Shown here: positions 16,449 through 20,000 of the stretch, one piece after another
How positions within the stretch are numbered: position 1 is the first letter of the stretch
How the letters are laid out: each line of letters begins with the position of its first letter
Virus record (IMG/VR): IMGVR_UViG_3300009128_000013
DNA: 20,000 bases
Strand: one strand, 5' to 3'
DNA from: an uncultured virus (IMG/VR IMGVR_UViG_3300009128_000013)
Lineage: Duplodnaviria; Heunggongvirae; Uroviricota; Caudoviricetes
Position numbers and translations under genes: made by a program
The notes under the pieces: generated by a model
The model's database searches: none
Told to the model about the DNA's origin: nothing
What the model saw: only the letters and a program-made list of their open reading frames with translations

Positions 16449-17780
16449 TCATGATAATTGTGACTCTATGTAATCAATCTTATTGCTTAATTCCTGAATT
16501 GCTTTAACTAGAACTGGAATTAGTTCTCCTTTTGCAACTGTCTTGATGTCGAAGTCATACAAATTATGATCATGCTCAGAAACCATTTCAGGATATACGT
16601 TTTCACAATTTTGAGCAATAAAACCAATTCTATTTAACCCAGAGTATGAGCAAAAATCAGGATCCCATCGAAATTCCTTCATTTCAAGCCCATTAATTAC
16701 ATCTAGGCCAATAACTTTAGTAGGTGCAATATTGTTTTTAATTCTAGCATCTGATCCGTTGAAGAATTCAGGGTTTGCTACTGTTGAGCCACATTGAATT
16801 CCTCCCGCGGCTGTTGAGTTGCCGTCGGCGAAGCCTATGTATACGCAATCACCTTGAGAAGCCGGGGTGTCGGGGCCGCATACGATGTAAATACCCTTTC
16901 GGTCACTAGAGTCGCCATCATTGTAAAAAGATCCTGCATATCCAGACAAGTTAGCATAGCAGTCAAACAGGGTGGAAAATGATGAAGTTGACCGGCCAAT
17001 CAATACTTGAGTTCTAGCACCAGCTGAATGACCCAATATTCTCATCCCTTCAGTAAGTGTGCCATCATACTCTGCGACAGAAAAAACAAGAGCTCCTTCT
17101 TCAGAGCCTGCTGTCTCATCTATCTGAATACATTGAATATTGCCAAACTCAGTAGCATTACCGTCAGAGTCTTCGCCATAAAAGCTTATCTCACCGCATT
17201 CATCAGCTGCTGCAGCTGATGATCCATTCTTGGTTAGTCGTAAAATAGGACCTTGAGCATCCGAACCTAGATTTTTCACTTCTAATAACGGTTCTGTAAA
17301 TGATGATTGAGACGTCCATATTCTTGCAGCAATTTCAACTGCGTCTTGCCGTATGATAAGCGGAATAGTGTTTACCGCTGCAGTATTATTATTAGCAAGA
17401 TGAACTAGATATCTTGTTGATGTACTAGATGAGTTAGAATCGAGATCCAAAATTCCTCCAGTTGTTAGAGCATCAGCTGATATGTCGATTACATAACCTG
17501 TGGTTAGTGAGTCTGCTGTAATATCAATAACATCTACAGTAGTCTGATCTGATTCTATTTGCAATGCAATTTGATCTGCATCATCTGCATCAATCAATAA
17601 ACCGGTTACTCCGTCTGCAGAGCCTACCTCTATTTCTAGCTTAGCTGAAGGTGACGATTGCCCTATACCTACGTTACCTGATGTATCAATTGTTATTCTA
17701 GATGATGAACCGTCATCATCAAGAATTGTGAAAGAATTTCCACTTAGCGGGCCTATTTTATTTACTTTGAGTTTACTCAT
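16449..17780 (-). CDS. Tail fibre/tailspike protein with C-terminal intramolecular chaperone (Peptidase_S74) auto-cleavage domain, 443 aa
   Basis: S343-D-A-R-I-K348-NNI cleavage motif (Ser/Lys dyad spacing as in endosialidase endoNF), GFIAQ and a terminal coiled coil LIPVLVKAIQELSNKIDYIESQL. The fibre-type repeat ITIDTSGNVGIGQSSPSAKLEI lies near the N-terminus. Confidence 0.88.
   Translation of the reverse strand: MSKLKVNKIGPLSGNSFTILDDDGSSSRITIDTSGNVGIGQSSPSAKLEIEVGSADGVTGLLIDADDADQIALQIESDQTTVDVIDITADSLTTGYVIDISADALTTGGILDLDSNSSSTSTRYLVHLANNNTAAVNTIPLIIRQDAVEIAARIWTSQSSFTEPLLEVKNLGSDAQGPILRLTKNGSSAAAADECGEISFYGEDSDGNATEFGNIQCIQIDETAGSEEGALVFSVAEYDGTLTEGMRILGHSAGARTQVLIGRSTSSFSTLFDCYANLSGYAGSFYNDGDSSDRKGIYIVCGPDTPASQGDCVYIGFADGNSTAAGGIQCGSTVANPEFFNGSDARIKNNIAPTKVIGLDVINGLEMKEFRWDPDFCSYSGLNRIGFIAQNCENVYPEMVSEHDHNLYDFDIKTVAKGELIPVLVKAIQELSNKIDYIESQLS
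17454..17531 (-). repeat. Tandem 13-aa (39-bp) degenerate repeat inside the tail fibre
   Basis: aa 84-96 VIDITADSLTTGY and aa 97-109 VIDISADALTTGG share 10 of 13 residues. Confidence 0.75.
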
Positions 17781-17788
17781 ATTCTTTC

Positions 17789-18166
17789 CTAAAAGTCTTC
17801 AAATCCTTTCACTACTAATGACGAGCCTGATGATATTGTCAAGGTGCATGTATCACCTATCACGTATGGGCCCATTATCAATCCATTATAATTTTCCGGA
17901 AATGTTAGAGAACCTGTCATGACTGAACTATTAGCGTAAATAAATCCACCACCTCGAAACATCGATGTATTTTTTGATGCGACAACACTCTCTTCACCCT
18001 TTAATATTACTGAGCCGTACACTTCTAAATTACTATTATAATCTTTGCTAGGGATTCCTATTTGCATCTTATGCGGGAAAACTAAAGATGAAATCTGGCC
18101 TTCATTATCGGCAACTAATAGTTTTTCAGAAGTTTTAATCGATTTTTTATCAATGCTTGATGCCAT
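17789..18166 (-). CDS. Small putative tail-fibre adaptor/connector protein, 125 aa
   Basis: The C-terminal FIYANSSVMTGSLTFPENYNGLIMGPYVIGDTCTLTISSGSSLVV resembles the 'N...GP.TI..G.T.T..SGS...V' ending I recall in marine phage fibre proteins placed directly upstream of 'MSxLKVN'-starting fibres, which is the arrangement here. Confidence 0.55.
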   Translation of the reverse strand: MASSIDKKSIKTSEKLLVADNEGQISSLVFPHKMQIGIPSKDYNSNLEVYGSVILKGEESVVASKNTSMFRGGGFIYANSSVMTGSLTFPENYNGLIMGPYVIGDTCTLTISSGSSLVVKGFEDF

Positions 18167-18177
18167 ATTACATTACT

Positions 18178-20000
18178 CTACAATTCGGTCAAGTCAGTAG
18201 TGTCTATAATTGTTATGCTAGTTGAAGAAATATCCATATCAGGAGGTATTGATTTTCTATCCCTTGCTTCTCCATCAAAGTAAGGTAGCGATGACGTGGA
18301 ATGTTGACTTAGATTCTGACAATTTGTACTTTCTGGCGATGTTACATTTCCCGTTCCTCTATCAACAAATAGTGATGTAATGACAGGATCTTGCAAGCCG
18401 TCAGCATTTGTAAATCGACTATACAGACGTTGCTCATGCATATCTCTAAAGTGACCATAATGAGTTCTACTAAATACTGCTGATGACTTTTCTGGTTTTA
18501 TGTTTTTTACTCCATATCTAAATCCTCGCAGTACAGGCTGAGACATCAAATAAAACTTTTGAGTTTTGTGGAGCAAATAATAACTTTCATTGATCGTTCT
18601 CAAAGCATTACCTACGGGAGCCGATGTTCTTCCAAATTGTACAGTATTGTGTACGCCGTCGCCGATGCCAAAATACAGTGCAGTCAAATTGAATCCTACT
18701 TGACTATTAAACTGTATATGATCTACAGCAGATGATAATGGCAAATTTGATGGAGGCAATCCATTTGCAAACGTTCGATTGTCTTCTGTGTCAGCCAATA
18801 CTCCGCCGGCGCCGGAGTTATTCTCTGCTGCTATAGTGCCGGTCATAAGGCCGCGTGGGGAAGTATTTCCGTGTGATGGGGCGCTGCCTTGACCAAAAAC
18901 TGCATCCCAGTTATACCAAAAATGAGAAGAATCACTATCAGAGTCTGTATTATCCGGGTGCAGATCTCCGCCTGGGCCAAAAGCATTGGGATGCAAATTT
19001 GCATAATAATCTGCATTGTCAACAATATAACCGTATGATGACTCTGTTGTCTTATAATGTCTTCCATTTAGTTTAAATGCACCGGTTCGGATAATATAGC
19101 CATTTGATCTGGTCATATAACCGTAAGTTCCGTGAGCCCATGAGTCAACACTGGACCATGAACCGGTGCCAGCTGATGCTGAGTGGAATCCCATTGAGGA
19201 AAGTCCATCTACTTTATTTGAACTTAAGTTGGCAAACTTATAAGCATATCGTATGTTTCTATGACCGTATACATACTCTGTGTCTATTGGGCCTGCGCCT
19301 ATACTTTTCATAAAGGAAAGCGTTCCAGTCAATAGCACATGTGTGATTTTTCCGTCTCTAATTTTAGATCCGTCTGATCCTGTTATGACTGCCATGCTCT
19401 TATTCTTGTCGATAGGAGAAGATAATCTATCAATATTTGCATATTTTGGCTCAAATGGAAATATCATGGGCCACTGCGTATCAAATGCATCGGCCGGGCC
19501 TTCATTTTGCACATGGACAATGTCACCTGACGTCTTATTAGACGCACTAAAGTATGAGGGTTGTGACAAAACTAAAACATTGTGAGTACCACTGTGTGGT
19601 GTAGGTATTGTTATAACACCGGAGACATCATTAGAATCCCCGGCGCCGTCTAGTTCAGAGTATGACACATCAATTGTCAGCATCTTGCCCGATTTCGAAA
19701 CACCCACAGATGCACCGTCCAAAAGGCTATCTCCATTGATCTTCATCATTTCACCCAAGTCGGGCAAATATGTGTCATAAAATCTTTCATTTAGATCTAC
19801 TAACCGAACACCTCTTGTGAATGATCCTGTGCTCCCAGCTGTTGACTCTGACTGTCTGCTGTATACCCTTCGAACGATAGCAGAGTCTTTATGTTTGAGC
19901 TCTAAGCCTCTGGCATTCATTGAACCCTCTACAATATTATCGTAGATTGTCCCGCTATGCATCATTGCAGGCTCTGTATCAAATTGATCATATACTTCTG
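18178..20000 (-). CDS. C-terminal part (>606 aa) of a large putative virion structural protein; 5' end lies outside the window
   Basis: The frame upstream of the track's ATG at 19965 stays open to the window edge (EVYDQFDTEPA-MMHSG...), so the real start is probably beyond 20000. Gly/Ser/aromatic-rich, in a structural-gene context. Confidence 0.62.
   Translation of the reverse strand, partial: EVYDQFDTEPAMMHSGTIYDNIVEGSMNARGLELKHKDSAIVRRVYSRQSESTAGSTGSFTRGVRLVDLNERFYDTYLPDLGEMMKINGDSLLDGASVGVSKSGKMLTIDVSYSELDGAGDSNDVSGVITIPTPHSGTHNVLVLSQPSYFSASNKTSGDIVHVQNEGPADAFDTQWPMIFPFEPKYANIDRLSSPIDKNKSMAVITGSDGSKIRDGKITHVLLTGTLSFMKSIGAGPIDTEYVYGHRNIRYAYKFANLSSNKVDGLSSMGFHSASAGTGSWSSVDSWAHGTYGYMTRSNGYIIRTGAFKLNGRHYKTTESSYGYIVDNADYYANLHPNAFGPGGDLHPDNTDSDSDSSHFWYNWDAVFGQGSAPSHGNTSPRGLMTGTIAAENNSGAGGVLADTEDNRTFANGLPPSNLPLSSAVDHIQFNSQVGFNLTALYFGIGDGVHNTVQFGRTSAPVGNALRTINESYYLLHKTQKFYLMSQPVLRGFRYGVKNIKPEKSSAVFSRTHYGHFRDMHEQRLYSRFTNADGLQDPVITSLFVDRGTGNVTSPESTNCQNLSQHSTSSLPYFDGEARDRKSIPPDMDISSTSITIIDTTDLTEL

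Larger units (their letters stand above)
1..20000 (-). other. Segment of a large tailed dsDNA bacteriophage genome: virion tail/baseplate module abutting a replication/recombination module
   Basis: S74 tail fibre, tail-collar-like motifs, LamG domain, phage-type RuvC and Cys4 primase, very compact co-oriented genes with SD sites, and no cellular housekeeping genes. Confidence 0.85.

Noticed and set aside
18843..19067. 74-aa same-strand, alternate-frame ORF nested in the right-edge gene
   Set aside because: Short, no SD, and Ile/Gln/Met-rich composition typical of an off-frame read. No slippery site noted.
1332..19585. Numerous plus-strand ORFs of 60-167 aa (e.g. 8822-9325, 11372-11686, 11950-12327, 19280-19585)
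   Set aside because: All lie antisense to long minus-strand CDSs and have no recognisable motifs. They are best explained as shadow ORFs from codon bias.
19963..19965. ATG given by the ORF track as the start of a 595-aa protein
   Set aside because: The frame remains open to position 20000 and there is no RBS, so the gene most likely starts outside the window.
1..20000. Stop-codon reassignment, introns, inteins or a diversity-generating retroelement
   Set aside because: Coding density is nearly complete under code 11. I saw no interrupted genes, no intein splice motifs, no reverse transcriptase and no TR/VR-like duplicated DNA.

Overview
The window is a dense, entirely minus-strand gene array (11 CDSs, gaps of 0-109 bp, three 1-nt stop/start overlaps, genetic code 11, GC roughly 38-40% by eye). 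It looks like a segment of a large, probably uncultured, tailed dsDNA phage (Caudoviricetes, likely jumbo-sized). In transcription order (right to left) it encodes: the 3' part of a large putative virion protein that runs off the right edge; a 125-aa fibre-adaptor-like protein; a 443-aa tail fibre with an S74 intramolecular chaperone; a 330-aa putative virion protein; three unknown large proteins (1199, 1424 and 629 aa, two with Fn3/Ig-like beta patterns); a 234-aa protein; two paralogous putative baseplate/tail proteins (422 aa, and 821 aa with a LamG-like domain); a RuvC-like Holliday junction resolvase; and the 5' part of a Cys4 zinc-ribbon DNA primase that is missing from the ORF track and runs off the left edge. 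The most interesting observations are an apparently split and duplicated P2-gpH-like (DUF3751) tail-collar domain, dispersed [ST]-G-[ST] tripeptides enriched in some of the virion proteins, a candidate ATAnTTA promoter motif, and a resolvase translationally coupled to the structural operon. I saw no RNA genes, CRISPR arrays, IS elements, introns or inteins. All family assignments come from motif recognition by eye, not from database searches.
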